64,000 bases of DNA, taken from assembly GCA_963737155.1 (NCBI GenBank), contig CAVTRN010000002.1, positions 832,001-896,000 on the forward strand, given 5' to 3'. This document shows, piece after piece, positions 19,162-29,020 of the stretch; the first letter of the stretch is position 1; the number at the start of each line of letters is the position of its first letter. The DNA comes from Nitrospirota bacterium (lineage in GTDB: Bacteria; Nitrospirota; UBA9217). The position numbers and the translations under genes were made by a program. The notes below the pieces were generated by a model. The model had not been told where the DNA came from, made no database searches, and worked only from the letters and a program-made list of their open reading frames with translations.

Positions 19162-19661
19162 ACGATCGGTCCCCGAATTTGCGCTATATCTTATTTTAGT
19201 TAAAAATCCACCTCTCCATGCAGTGGTATTTAGTTAAAGAGGTGGGTAGGTCGCGCAAGCGAGATTATTAAATCTCAGCCGTGGAAACAGAATTCGAAAA
19301 AAGGTTCTTGTACCAGATTAACACAAGAAATCACAAAGTCAACCTCCTCCATCATGTCTTGCCTTCATTGATGTCCCCATGAGCCGCAGGATAAAACATA
19401 CAAAAGTGCTACAATCAAAAAAGTAGAGAAAATTGGAACCTGATTTGTTTTTTTTGGCCGTGGAGCGAGGATTCGTATCGCGTTCAGGACTATTGTTACG
19501 GGTTCTTTATTTTTAGGAATTTGGTCGTATTGATCAGAGTTGATATTTTAGTCGGATTGACATTGAATACGAGAGCGCTACCATAATAATAGAAAGAAGA
19601 AAAAGGAAGAGAGAATACAGCACTTTTTTTTCGGCCTTTTTCTAAGGAGGAGGTATTGATC

Positions 19662-20057
19662 ATGACCAGAAAGTCAATAAGGAGGACAGGATTGTTTAAG
19701 ACAGTAAATATCCTGGCCGGGTTCTTTGTTCTGCTCATTACCGTGCTTTTCAGTACGTCGATTACTAACAATGTATTTGCTGCCGGAAATCATCAGGCAG
19801 GAAAGAATGACGTGCTGAGTGGGGAGGTTGTCGTTGTTGACAATCTTCACCATATGGGCATGCTGACTCTGCTATCGAGTGAAATTGGCCAGTTCCCGAA
19901 CGACCAACTGAACATCTTTACGAATAAGGATACATCAGTGAAAATCTGCAATGAACGCGCATTTGAGAGAGATCTCAAAGTCAGCCGCAATGCAACAGTA
20001 ACGTATCACGAAGTTCAAGGACTGCCTCTTGCCACCTCTATTTCGGAAAAGTGCTGA
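19662..20057 (+). CDS. Exported small beta-rich protein of unknown function
   Basis: AAGGAGGAGG RBS; signal peptide ending VFA; two Cys; followed by a terminator. Confidence 0.7.
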   Translation: MTRKSIRRTGLFKTVNILAGFFVLLITVLFSTSITNNVFAAGNHQAGKNDVLSGEVVVVDNLHHMGMLTLLSSEIGQFPNDQLNIFTNKDTSVKICNERAFERDLKVSRNATVTYHEVQGLPLATSISEKC

Positions 20058-20080
20058 CGGCTTGTCAGTCCTCTCAAAGG

Positions 20081-20110
20081 AAGGCCCCGGACTTTTTTGG
20101 GGCCTTTCTT
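20081..20110 (+). terminator. Intrinsic terminator
   Basis: AAGGCCCC...GGGGCCTT stem followed by TCTT. Confidence 0.55.
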
Positions 20111-20425
20111 GTGTGTGAGAAAGTCTGACTCGATTATCCCTCATCATCAGTATTTCGCCAATTCCCGGTGTAATGGCTCTATCGTCGCAAAGGCAGCGAG
20201 CGTCTCGGGCAATTATCGAACCAGGGACTGCAAAAAGCCACCTGTACTCCAGCGTATGGCAAAGTTTCCCGAGATCAGCGAACTTTTAAAAAGGTGTTTA
20301 GCGGCAATAATAAACAGTGGCGCAGCGGCCAGTTGCATGGTAATATCACGGCGCACTCCGAGCAGAAAGGCGTTGATTGGGAAAGGGATTGACCGGCATC
20401 CGCGAGTCAACACATTGCTAAAATC

Positions 20426-21661
20426 ATGCAAAATAGCGTTGATAAAATTGTAAGCAGCGCTTCTGAAGATGCTCAACGCACCGTCTTTAGGGTGCTCGGC
20501 GCCATCAGCTTTTCCCATTTCCTGAACGATATGATCCAGTCACTTATCCTTGCGATCTATCCGCTGCTCAAGGGTACGTTTCAGCTTAATTTTGCGCAGA
20601 TCGGGCTGATCACGCTGACTTACCAGAGCACTGCTTCGCTGCTTCAACCCATGGTCGGGCTTTACACTGATCGTCATCCCAAGCCGTACTCCCTGGCCTT
20701 CGGCATGGGATGCACACTCGTCGGCCTCCTGATCCTGGCTGAGGCGCAAAACTACGGGATGCTGCTCGTCGCCGCCGCGATCGTGGGCACCGGTTCTTCA
20801 ATCTTCCACCCCGAGTCGTCGCGCGTGGCCCGTATGGCCTCGGGTGGGCAACATGGGCTGGCCCAGTCGGTATTCCAGGTCGGTGGGAATATGGGCAGCG
20901 CGATGGGTCCACTGCTTGCTGCGTGGATCATCATCCCCCGAGGACAGCGGAGCGTCGCGTGGTTCTCGCTTGCGGCTCTCCTGGCCATCGCGGTATTGTT
21001 ACAGGTTGGCCACTGGTACCGGCGGAGGCAGAAGCTTGCTGTACACGGAATGAGGCAGCATCAACGCTCGCACCCGGCATTGCCGAAGCGCACGATCATT
21101 CTGTCGATGCTGATTCTGCTGGTGCTGATCTTTTCCAAGTTCATTTATCTGTCGAGTCTCAGCAGCTATTATATTTTCTATCTGATGCACCGCTTCCACC
21201 TATCCGTGCAATCCGCGCAGATGCACCTTTTTGCATTTTTGTTTGCAGTGGCAATCGGTACGGTCATGGGTGGGCCCATTGGCGACAGAATCGGCAGAAA
21301 GCGCGTGATATGGTTCTCGATCCTGGGCGCCGCGCCCTTCGCGCTTGCCATGCCCTATGCGAATCTTGCATGGACGGGTGCCCTCTCCGTCATTATCGGG
21401 CTCATCCTGTCTTCCGCTTTCTCGGCCATTCTCGTTTTTGCGCAGGAACTCATTCCGGGAAAAGTGGGGACCGTATCCGGCCTCTTCTTCGGCCTCGCCT
21501 TCGGCATGGCCGGAATAGGCGCTGCTGTCCTCGGCAAGATTGCGGACCATTACGGCATAGAATTTGTTTATCATCTGTGCTCCTATCTCCCCCTGCTCGG
21601 AGTGTGGACTGCCTTTTTGCCCGACCTCAGACGCAGGACCGACTCATCATCTGTAGTTTAG
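20426..21661 (+). CDS. fsr: MFS transporter, Fsr (fosmidomycin resistance) family
   Basis: SHFLNDMIQS, FHPESSRVARMASGG, QSVFQVGGN, DRIGRKRVIW, SGLFFG. Confidence 0.9.
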   Translation: MQNSVDKIVSSASEDAQRTVFRVLGAISFSHFLNDMIQSLILAIYPLLKGTFQLNFAQIGLITLTYQSTASLLQPMVGLYTDRHPKPYSLAFGMGCTLVGLLILAEAQNYGMLLVAAAIVGTGSSIFHPESSRVARMASGGQHGLAQSVFQVGGNMGSAMGPLLAAWIIIPRGQRSVAWFSLAALLAIAVLLQVGHWYRRRQKLAVHGMRQHQRSHPALPKRTIILSMLILLVLIFSKFIYLSSLSSYYIFYLMHRFHLSVQSAQMHLFAFLFAVAIGTVMGGPIGDRIGRKRVIWFSILGAAPFALAMPYANLAWTGALSVIIGLILSSAFSAILVFAQELIPGKVGTVSGLFFGLAFGMAGIGAAVLGKIADHYGIEFVYHLCSYLPLLGVWTAFLPDLRRRTDSSSVV

Positions 21662-21835
21662 CAGTAATCCGGTTCCAGCACTCTTCTGAACACTTTCCCT
21701 GTCTAAAGCCGTAGGGTTCTAACGGCGGTATCGGCCATCTCCTTGGCAATGAAGGTGCGTTTGCCAATCTTGATTATTGTTGATCCGTCCTTAACGGGCA
21801 AGCAGCTTTATTTAAACATGTCATGCAGATGAGGA

Positions 21836-21937
21836 AATTGTCAACCTAATGCCAAAACGTTGCTTATCAGGTTGCTTTAAAATAGCGTCCTATATCTCTC
21901 AGAAGAGACAACGGGGTTTTACTGCGCGGATGATAAA
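21836..21937 (+). repeat. Copy B of the ~100-bp dispersed intergenic element
   Basis: Similar to the reverse complement of 8221-8326; ends about 33 bp upstream of the L,D-transpeptidase ATG. Confidence 0.7.
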
Positions 21938-21969
21938 ATTGTCAAAAGATGGTATAAGTATCAATAACC

Positions 21970-22908
21970 ATGAAGATCATTTCTCTTATTGCAATAGTCA
22001 CTCTATGGGTCATTCCCAGCAATGCATGGTGCGCCAAAGAATACAAGTATGGCAAGCAGAATGAAGTTTTGGGAAGTTTAGGGCAGTATACCGTTAATGA
22101 TCAGGAATCCTTATACGAAATAGCAAGGTCATTTAAAACGGGGTACAACGGGATTACTGCAGCAAATCCCGGCGTTGACCCCTATGTTCCCGGAAAAGGA
22201 ACGCAACTCATTCTCCCTACCTCATGGATACTTCCCGATGCGCCGCGAGGCAAGGGCTTAGTTATAAACATCTCAGAAATGCGACTTTATTATTTTTTCC
22301 GTCGGCATGGCATGCGGAGGGTAAGAACATATCCCATAGGAATTGGCGATGAGGGGGCAGACACGCCTCTCGGGACATTTCGGGTGATCGAGAAGATTAA
22401 GCATCCTGCTTGGTATGTGCCTGCTTCCATCAGAAAGGAAAAACCAGAGCTTCCCGAAGTGGTGCCTCCAGGTCCGAATAATCCCATGGGTGCCTATGCG
22501 CTGCGGCTTTCGCTCAAAACCATTCTTATCCATGGTACGGATATACCATGGGGAATTGGGCGGAGGGTAAGCCATGGATGCCTCCGGCTGTATCCCGAGG
22601 ACATTAAAGAACTCTTTCATATTGTCCCTATCAACACGAAGGTGACCATCGTAGACCAACCGGTGAAGTTTGGTTTTAAGCGAGGTAAAATCTATGTAGA
22701 AGTGCATGAAGATCCGGAGCGGAAAAATTACGATTATCTAGGTGAGACCATGAGTCTGTTAAAACAAAAAAGATTACTTGACCGCGTTGATATAAATAAG
22801 CTTCGTGCTGCGGTGAGTGAAATGCGGGGATTCCCGGTGGATGTTTCCACGGAAATAAAGCGGGGCCCGACAGCAACCAGCATCCACCAAGATATCAAAA
22901 CTGATTGA
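21970..22908 (+). CDS. L,D-transpeptidase (ErfK/YcfS family) with LysM-like domain
   Basis: AANPGVDP, YPIGIG, PPGPNNPMG, IHGT...SHGCLRL. Confidence 0.93.
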   Translation: MKIISLIAIVTLWVIPSNAWCAKEYKYGKQNEVLGSLGQYTVNDQESLYEIARSFKTGYNGITAANPGVDPYVPGKGTQLILPTSWILPDAPRGKGLVINISEMRLYYFFRRHGMRRVRTYPIGIGDEGADTPLGTFRVIEKIKHPAWYVPASIRKEKPELPEVVPPGPNNPMGAYALRLSLKTILIHGTDIPWGIGRRVSHGCLRLYPEDIKELFHIVPINTKVTIVDQPVKFGFKRGKIYVEVHEDPERKNYDYLGETMSLLKQKRLLDRVDINKLRAAVSEMRGFPVDVSTEIKRGPTATSIHQDIKTD

Positions 22909-23048
22909 ACAAAAAGAGTCGCTGATCCGACAAAAGATAACGTTGCATATTCATTGAAAACTTTTAAGAGAGAGCGGAAAGCAAGTAAGTAGGCTATGCA
23001 TACACGATGATACGATTCACGGCCAATAGTGCTTGACTCCGTCGGCGA

Positions 23049-25973
23049 GTGATCATGACAGCAGACAAAGAACTCAATCTTGAAGAAAAAATACACGAGA
23101 CGGGCCTTGAGCTTTTTTCCGCGATAAGGGAAGCCCCACCGGTGTTTGACGTCAAGAGGTGGACCGGCAGTATCATGGATTGGTCCATGAAGCACGAGGA
23201 TTTCAAGATCAGGCTCTTTCGGTTCATCGATGTGCTGCCGTCGCTCAGGACCGACGAGCAGGTTGTCCGCATGCTGCAGGAGTATTTCTCCGACGAGAGC
23301 GATGTGCCGAGGTTCATCAGTGCCGGCATCGGCATGCTCGTCGGGAAAGCGCTTGTTCCCGCCATTGCCGGCCCGGTGATCAGAAAAAGCATTGAGTCCA
23401 TGGCTCTGCAGTTCATCGCAGGAAAGGACGCCAAGGGCATCAAGAATGCTATCAACACGCTGAGGAAAGAGGGCAGCCGTTTCAGTATTGATCTTTTGGG
23501 CGAGGCGGTTGTGAGCGACAAGGAGGCTGCGGAGTACGCGCACCGCTATCTGGCGCTTTTGGATTTCATCCATGAGAGCTTCGCGGATGAAGCTGGTCCG
23601 GATGTGTCGATCAAGGTCTCTTCGCTGGATTCCCGGCTTGACCCCCTTGACAGGGAAGGTTCCATCGTCAGAAGCGGTGAGCATCTTCGGCCGATTCTCC
23701 GAAAAGCAAAAGCGCTCGGCATATCGGTTACTTTTGATATGGAGCAGTATTATGATAAAGACCTCGCCATTGCAATTTTTAAAAGCATTCTTGGGGAAGA
23801 GGAATTCAGAGAGCTTCCGACGGCAGGTATAGCGCTCCAGGCATATCTTAAGGACACGGAACAGGATATTTTGGCCTTGACAAAATGGGCGCGGGGACAA
23901 TCGAGGAAGATCATAATCCGCCTCGTAAAAGGCGCCTACTGGGACTATGAAGTTGTCGTGAACCGGCAGAAGGGTTGGCCCGTGCCGGTCTTCTTGAACA
24001 AGCAGGAAACCGACCTTAACTTTGAACGACTCACGCGGCTGCTCTTCGAAAACCTCGACGCAGTCCGTCCCGCAATTGCCACGCATAATTTAAGAAGCAT
24101 CAGCCACGCAATTGCTCTAGTCGACGTGCTGAACATTCCCAAGCAGGACTTCGAATTTCAGATACTCTACGGCATGGCTGATGCCGTCCGCTTAGCGCTG
24201 CATGAACGCGGGCTTAACGTGCGGACGTATACTCCTGTCGGGGAATTGATCCCGGGCATGGCTTACCTGGTCCGACGGCTTCTGGAAAACACGTCTAACG
24301 AGTCTTTCCTCAGAAAATCCTTTAGCGAGAAGATTGCCTTTGACGAACTGATCGCGGCCCCCCAAGCACCTCGAAGGGCCTCCGAAGAGAAGGCACCGGA
24401 CAACGCCTTTCGGAACGAACCTCTTATTGACTTCTCCATTTACGTGAATAGAGGAAAGATGACTGAGGCGCTCCGGGCCGCCAAAGAGAACCGGAATCGC
24501 GAGTATCCGCTCCTTATCGGCGACCGTGAGGTCACGACGGAGCGGAAAATCCTGTCATATAATCCGGCAAGTTCCCGGGACATCGTGAGAACGGTATTCT
24601 CGGCAGGGATACCGGAGGCCGATACAGCGATTGCCGAAGCCCACAAAGCAGCCGTATCGTGGCGAAGGGTTGAGCCTGAAAAGAGGGCAGCATATCTTTT
24701 CAAGGCAGCCGAAACCATGCGAAAACAGCGTTTTGAGCTTGCGGCTCTGGAGGTCCTCGAGGTCGGGAAAACATGGATTGACGCGGACGGCGACGTGTGC
24801 GAAGCGATCGATTATCTCGAATATTATGGCCGGGAGATTAAGCGGTTCGCCGGCAAGAAAGTCCTCCAGGAGTATCCGGGCGAGAGCAATGAATACTTAT
24901 ACCAGCCAAAAGGGGTTGGTGTCGTCATAGCCCCCTGGAATTTTCCCCTGGCGATTGCGATGGGAATGGTCTCTGCGGCCATAGTGACCGGGAACTGCGT
25001 ACTTTTCAAACCTTCAGGCCTTTCGCCGGTCCTTGGATACAAACTTGCCGAGACGTTGATGTCCGTGGGCCTCCCTGCGGGCGTGCTTCAATTTCTTCCG
25101 GGACCGGGGAGCGAAGTAGGAGACTATCTTGTTTCACATCCTGCCATCGATTTCATCTCTTTTACCGGGTCTAAAGATGTCGGCCTCAGGATTGTACAAC
25201 AGGCAGGGGAGACGAAGCCCAGTCAACGCAATGTGAAAAAGGTAATTGCTGAAATGGGAGGAAAAAATGCGATCATTGTGGATGAGACTGCCGATCTTGA
25301 CGAGGCGGTGAAAGGCATCATTGAATCGGCCTTCGGATACCAGGGGCAGAAATGTTCAGCTTGTTCTCGCGTGATTGTCGTTGGAGAAATATTCGACATC
25401 CTTTGCAATCGCCTCGTAGATGCGGCTGATAGCCTTCGGATCGGCCCGCCTGAAGACCCGGCCAATATTCTCGGGCCTATCATTGATGATGCTGCGCTTA
25501 AAAAGGTCCAGGCATACATAGAGCTCGGAAAAAGGGAAGGAAAAGCGGTCCTTGAAAAAAAAGCATCTTCCTCTGGATATTTCGTGGGCCCCGCCATCTT
25601 CATTAACGCGCCTCCACGGTCCCGCATTGCGACTGAGGAGATTTTTGGGCCCGTGCTTACGATCATGAGGGCAAAAAATCTCGATGAGGCGATCGGAATG
25701 GCCACTGAAAGCGTCTATGCACTTACCGGAGGCCTCTTTTCGCGTAGCCCTGCTGCAATACAGAAGGCGAAAGAGGAATTCAATGTTGGCAACCTTTATA
25801 TCAACAGGAAGATTACAGGAGCGCTTGTGGGAAGACAGCCGTTCGGGGGATTCGGCATGTCTGGAGTGGGATCAAAAACCGGTGGACCGGATTACCTTCT
25901 CCAGTTCATGAATCCCGTAAGTATAAGTGAAAATACGCTCAGAAGGGGATTCGCGCCTTTTCGAAGAGATTAA
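23049..25973 (+). CDS. putA: Bifunctional proline dehydrogenase / P5C dehydrogenase (no RHH domain)
   Basis: DLLGE, RLVKGAYW, ATHN, YLVRRLLEN, PWNFP, EMGGKN, GQKCSA, EEIFGP, QPFGG. Confidence 0.96.
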   Translation: MIMTADKELNLEEKIHETGLELFSAIREAPPVFDVKRWTGSIMDWSMKHEDFKIRLFRFIDVLPSLRTDEQVVRMLQEYFSDESDVPRFISAGIGMLVGKALVPAIAGPVIRKSIESMALQFIAGKDAKGIKNAINTLRKEGSRFSIDLLGEAVVSDKEAAEYAHRYLALLDFIHESFADEAGPDVSIKVSSLDSRLDPLDREGSIVRSGEHLRPILRKAKALGISVTFDMEQYYDKDLAIAIFKSILGEEEFRELPTAGIALQAYLKDTEQDILALTKWARGQSRKIIIRLVKGAYWDYEVVVNRQKGWPVPVFLNKQETDLNFERLTRLLFENLDAVRPAIATHNLRSISHAIALVDVLNIPKQDFEFQILYGMADAVRLALHERGLNVRTYTPVGELIPGMAYLVRRLLENTSNESFLRKSFSEKIAFDELIAAPQAPRRASEEKAPDNAFRNEPLIDFSIYVNRGKMTEALRAAKENRNREYPLLIGDREVTTERKILSYNPASSRDIVRTVFSAGIPEADTAIAEAHKAAVSWRRVEPEKRAAYLFKAAETMRKQRFELAALEVLEVGKTWIDADGDVCEAIDYLEYYGREIKRFAGKKVLQEYPGESNEYLYQPKGVGVVIAPWNFPLAIAMGMVSAAIVTGNCVLFKPSGLSPVLGYKLAETLMSVGLPAGVLQFLPGPGSEVGDYLVSHPAIDFISFTGSKDVGLRIVQQAGETKPSQRNVKKVIAEMGGKNAIIVDETADLDEAVKGIIESAFGYQGQKCSACSRVIVVGEIFDILCNRLVDAADSLRIGPPEDPANILGPIIDDAALKKVQAYIELGKREGKAVLEKKASSSGYFVGPAIFINAPPRSRIATEEIFGPVLTIMRAKNLDEAIGMATESVYALTGGLFSRSPAAIQKAKEEFNVGNLYINRKITGALVGRQPFGGFGMSGVGSKTGGPDYLLQFMNPVSISENTLRRGFAPFRRD

Positions 25974-25980
25974 GTGCAGA

Positions 25981-26204
25981 CTAGAAACGCCTCCGTCACT
26001 TTGCGAGCGGTCTCTCCGATGATTTCGATATTGCGTTCGACTGCGTCACGTAGCACCTCGTTTTCAACGAACTCCTCCTGTTTTATTCCTTAACAAAACG
26101 GCGTACTTTCTCTGCTGCTTGAAACATGTCCAGAAGATATGCGGCATCCCGTTCATTAGGCCGCATACAGGACCTCCTTCGTCGTGAGGGTCGAGTGTTT
26201 ACGG
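25981..26204 (-). pseudogene. Remnant of an MNT-HEPN (DUF86/HepT) toxin-antitoxin pair
   Basis: From ATG 26166: MRPNERDAAYLLDMFQAAEKVRRFVK / frameshift / IKQEEFVENEVLRDAVERNIEIIGETARKV, then truncated. Upstream tail TTKEVLYAA* resembles an MNT C-terminus overlapping the start. Confidence 0.7.
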
Positions 26205-26832
26205 AAAGCAATGGGAATCCACACTACGTTACAAATACCCCAAAAAATGAAGTTCCCAGTGGGTATTTATAGTTTTGTTGAAGACAAGGATAAGAGCCAA
26301 AGATATTTCTACATCGTTTGTAAGTCAAACTAGTCCTTTAAAAACAATATATTATAGCAAGTAACGGCGATTACAGATCGGTATAAATTCAAGCCTAATG
26401 AGCCGGTGAAAAATTGAAGCATCTTATTGATTTTGAATGAAACCATCATGTTAACCGCCGTTTTTAGGCTTAAGGAATCTAACAACCCATTCCCCAAGAC
26501 GCTTGCCTGTAGAATAACGGCACACCTTAAGAGTGATATTATTATAGTGACGGTGGAATGAGACAACAGAGACTTATTCAGGCGTTCCCCTCATGAGAAC
26601 GCGTTATAAAAAAATACCTATATGTGCTCACTACCTGTCAAAGTCGGATTCCGCGAAAAGATTTTCCTTGAAGTCATCAGTCTTGATGACATCGAAACAA
26701 GGGATATCGTAAGTCTCCCAGGGAGGGGAGCTTCGTATTGTTAAGTGGCTTCCCTTTAGTTAGCGCGGATGCGGCCAGGAAGCTACCTGCAGGGGAGCGA
26801 AGTGTGAGGTAAAGAGCTATTTCCGATGCTTA

Positions 26833-27947
26833 TTAACCGTCTCATAATAGTATTGACATAATCTTGCATCTGTGGTATAGTTATTTTCATGAAGAAAAAA
26901 GCAGATGCGAGAAATCTTGACCATAAAACTCTGACTGAGCTCAGAAAGCGTGCGGTAAATAGTGTCCAGGAAGGACAAAGCCCCGAACTGGTGGCCAAAG
27001 CCCTGGGTATAAATCGCGTCACCATCTATGGCTGGTTGGCACGATATCGAAACGGGGGCTGGGGTGCTCTTGATGCCAACAAACGAGGCGGTCGCCCGCC
27101 AAAAATGGATGCTAAGGCTATAGAATGGGTTTATCGTACTGTGACCACGAAAAATCCGCTTCAGTTGAAGTTTACCTATGCCCTGTGGACAGCGAAGATC
27201 ATTGGGCAGGTAATATATAAGCGATTTGGTATGAGATTGAGCAAAGCATCCGTTTGTCGTTTGCTGGGACAGTTGGGATTGACTCCACAGCGTCCTGTTT
27301 GGCGTGCCTATCAGCAAAAGCCGGCAGCGGTTCAGGAGTGGCTGGAGAAGGAGTATCCTCGGATACGAAGCATGGCGCGTCGCATGAAGGCTCAAATCTT
27401 CTTTGGAGATGAAGCTGGCGTTCGCTCTGATCATCATGCGGGCACCACTTGGGCCATGAAGGGTGAGACCCCGATTGTGAGCAGCACAGGAGCGCGCTTC
27501 GGATTGAATATGATTTCGGCTGTTAGTGCACAAGGCGAATTTAGGTTCATGGTAGTCAAAGGTCGCGTAGCGTCGCAGCAATTTATTGAATTCATAAAGC
27601 GGCTTATTCAAGGCAGCAAACGGATGATATTTCTCATCGTTGATGGTCATCCGTCACACAAGTCTCGCAAGGTTTCTAACTATATTGAAACCATTAAGGA
27701 AAAGTTTCGTCTGTTCTTTTTACCGCCGTATTCTCCAGAGCTGAATCCCGATGAGAGAGTCTGGAATGACCTGAAGAACAATGCAGTTGGTCGTCAGGCA
27801 ATTAGTTCACCGGAACAATTACATGGTGCAGTAGTCAGTCATTTGAGGTTTATCCAAAAGTCTCCTGATCGTGTGCGCGCTTACTTTAATAACGAAACAA
27901 CAAAGTATGCGGCATAATTAGTGTTAATACTATTATGAGACGATTAA
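26833..27947 (+). mobile_element. IS630-family insertion sequence
   Basis: ~27-bp imperfect TIRs (TTAACCGTCTCATAATAGTATTGACA and the reverse complement of TGTTAATACTATTATGAGACGATTAA), TA on both sides, and an internal TTGACA-17-TATAGT promoter. Confidence 0.93.
26889..27917 (+). CDS. IS630-family transposase
   Basis: HTH N-terminus; DDE: FFGDEAG, IVDGHPSH, LPPYSPELNPDE; single uninterrupted ORF. Confidence 0.95.
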   Translation: MKKKADARNLDHKTLTELRKRAVNSVQEGQSPELVAKALGINRVTIYGWLARYRNGGWGALDANKRGGRPPKMDAKAIEWVYRTVTTKNPLQLKFTYALWTAKIIGQVIYKRFGMRLSKASVCRLLGQLGLTPQRPVWRAYQQKPAAVQEWLEKEYPRIRSMARRMKAQIFFGDEAGVRSDHHAGTTWAMKGETPIVSSTGARFGLNMISAVSAQGEFRFMVVKGRVASQQFIEFIKRLIQGSKRMIFLIVDGHPSHKSRKVSNYIETIKEKFRLFFLPPYSPELNPDERVWNDLKNNAVGRQAISSPEQLHGAVVSHLRFIQKSPDRVRAYFNNETTKYAA

Positions 27948-27986
27948 TAGTGGTTGCGATTGCAGCCTTTCAGAAGGGATGGTCGG

Positions 27987-28208
27987 ATGAAAATGGAAAA
28001 GCGATCGTTTAAAGTAGAGGAACGATTTTGCGAAGAATGCGCCATGGCGTTGAGAAGGTTCATCGGCCATATGGATGGAATCGAGTCGATTGACGTTGAA
28101 AACAAAATGATCGCGGTTGTTTTTAATCCGTCAAAGATGCCCGAAGAAAAGCTTGACAGGATTACAAAAGACAGCTTGGAAAAGCTCGGCCATACGTTGA
28201 TAAAGTAA
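27987..28208 (+). CDS. Heavy-metal-associated (HMA/CopZ-like) small protein
   Basis: ~73 aa, FCEEC (CxxC), DGIESIDV, LEKLGH pattern. Confidence 0.7.
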   Translation: MKMEKRSFKVEERFCEECAMALRRFIGHMDGIESIDVENKMIAVVFNPSKMPEEKLDRITKDSLEKLGHTLIK

Positions 28209-28331
28209 TGGCCTTTGAGCGGGCAGATATGTAGCCAGGATCCTGTGCACCGCTCGGCTAAAAAGGAGGTAGCGTGTACCGCGCTGATGCTATGAGCAGT
28301 CTTTTCGGTGTGAGCACGCTGTACTAAGAGT

Positions 28332-28844
28332 ATGAGCTTTAAGCTCTATATTATGGAAAAGAAATTCGCGGTAATAAGGGCATGGTATGATGCAGCGCTC
28401 GTGGTTCCTGCAGGAGTCAAAACCGATTTCAGAGAAAAGCAAAGAGCCCTGGTAGTTGAGGCCATGGGCTACAACCTGGAAGAGGGGATGGGCGGTCTTT
28501 TCGATGCGTTGCTTCAAGGCGTTATTCCAGACAACGTATCACGGTTTTTGGACAGCATGATAAGGACAAGGGCGGCAAGTGATTTTACGGCTTCTCAGGC
28601 CGTGGCGTTCATTCTTGAAATAAAGAAGATCGTCCGAAAGGAGCTTGGAAGTGAGATCCTGGCCGATCTGGATATGGGCGGGGAGCTTTCAGCCTGGGAT
28701 TCCGTCGTCGATGACTTAATCCTGCATGCCTTCAATATTTATGCGCAATGCCGCGAGATTGTTCTTGCTGCCAAGGCAGATGACGAAAAGCAAGAGACGC
28801 TCCGGCTTCTAAAAAAGGCCAAGCTTATCCCTGATGATGATTGA
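28332..28844 (+). CDS. RsbRD-N domain protein, DsrT-like
   Basis: LDSMIRTRAASDFTASQAVAFILEIKKIVRKEL and DDLILHAFNIYAQCRE resemble the DsrT motifs IRxRAVQDFxPSQA and AFDIYxxCRE. Confidence 0.7.
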   Translation: MSFKLYIMEKKFAVIRAWYDAALVVPAGVKTDFREKQRALVVEAMGYNLEEGMGGLFDALLQGVIPDNVSRFLDSMIRTRAASDFTASQAVAFILEIKKIVRKELGSEILADLDMGGELSAWDSVVDDLILHAFNIYAQCREIVLAAKADDEKQETLRLLKKAKLIPDDD

Positions 28845-29020
28845 CGAGGGATGGGAACATGCTTGAATAACCTATGATACTTGGCGAGGATTGACACCGC
28901 GTGGGGGGCTAATAAATGGATGGATTTTGTTCCGGCTCACGAAGTACTAGAGAACCAAAATAGTTGATGATCGCTCTATGTCATTCATTTGTCCATTGAA
29001 GTGAGGGGGAGGTGCGCGCC

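Noticed and set aside
20923-21714. 263-aa alternative-frame ORF
   Set aside because: Overlaps fsr on the same strand; composition typical of off-frame GC-rich sequence.
22734-24086. 450-aa minus-strand ORF
   Set aside because: Antisense shadow of putA and the L,D-transpeptidase; no recognisable motifs.
26817-27650. 277-aa ORF antisense to the IS630 transposase
   Set aside because: Lies almost wholly opposite the transposase; no motifs.
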